The notes under the pieces: generated by a model
Databases searched by the model: none
The model's input: the letters and a program-made list of their open reading frames with translations, nothing else
What the model was told of the DNA's origin: nothing
DNA from: Paramoeba atlantica
Taxonomy: Eukaryota; Protista; Discosea
Direction of reading: 5' to 3'
DNA: 64,000 nucleotides
Assembly: GCA_977017575.1 (NCBI GenBank)
Contig: CDRNVI010000203.1
Span: 62,106-126,105 of the forward strand
In this document: in pieces, positions 63,703 through 64,000 of the stretch
Layout of the letters: each line of letters starts with the position of its first letter
Numbering within the stretch: position 1 is the first letter of the stretch
Made by a program: the position numbers and the translations under genes

Positions 63703-64000
63703 TGTGAAGTGGCCAGGAGTTTGGAGAAGGAAAGAGTGGGCAGGTGAAGGAAAAAAGGAAAGGAAAGAAAGGGAAAAGAAAGAAAGAGAAAAGTCAAGAG
63801 CAAATCATGGGAAAGATTGGCGGCGCATCGCAAGGGGAAACCAACCAAGTAAGTTTATTCCTTTTACCAACAAACAAAAAAAGTATTCATATGGGATAAC
63901 AAATATAACAAGTGTGGAATTGACAAGAAGCAAAACAGAATGAAAGACAAAAACACACAAGAAAAAGAACACGGTGGAGAGATTAAATCACAGATAAATG
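63703..64000 (+). repeat. Putative 3' LTR, cut by the window edge
   Basis: About 97.7% identical to 58606-58903. Confidence 0.8.

Larger units (their letters stand above)
58606..64000 (+). mobile_element. Decayed Ty1/copia-like LTR retrotransposon; 3' end outside the window
   Basis: Direct repeats beginning TGTGAAG at 58606 and 63703 (5097 bp apart). Fragmentary integrase-like motifs: NIMGPV at 60269-60286 (cf. copia DLxGP) and NIGG...HQ...NGIAISKN in ORF 60432-60641 (cf. DNGGEF...HQ...NGVAERKN). Confidence 0.65.

Noticed and set aside
54098-63943. Short ORFs in the flank as host genes
   Set aside because: Mostly under 100 aa (one of 205 aa), compositionally biased products of the purine-rich strand or its complement; only weak retroelement motifs are recognisable.

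Overview
AT-rich eukaryotic DNA in two parts. (1) 1-54075 is a head-to-tail tandem array of about 11.8 copies of a 4.54-4.66 kb unit. I find no credible protein-coding gene, rRNA, tRNA or spliceosomal snRNA in it. The unit is dense in hairpins whose sequence differences between copies preserve base pairing. It holds a ~0.7-1.0 kb swappable cassette (alleles A, B, C) carrying 2-3 large hairpins with a conserved core (GTTTTC...GAAAAC) and variable, mutually complementary basal arms, plus a family of 33-35 nt hairpins with covarying 7-bp stems and an invariant internal loop. It also holds a ~220-nt multi-helix domain with compensatory substitutions, AT-rich subrepeats and a GC-richer inverted-repeat domain. 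The best reading (inference) is a multicopy locus for structured non-coding RNAs of no family I recognise. (2) 54076-64000 is a flank: a purine-rich LTR-like remnant, ~3.9 kb of nearly CpG-free degenerate DNA, and a decayed Ty1/copia-like retroelement with long direct repeats starting at 58606 and 63703. All alignments and pairings were made by eye; the organism cannot be identified from this window.
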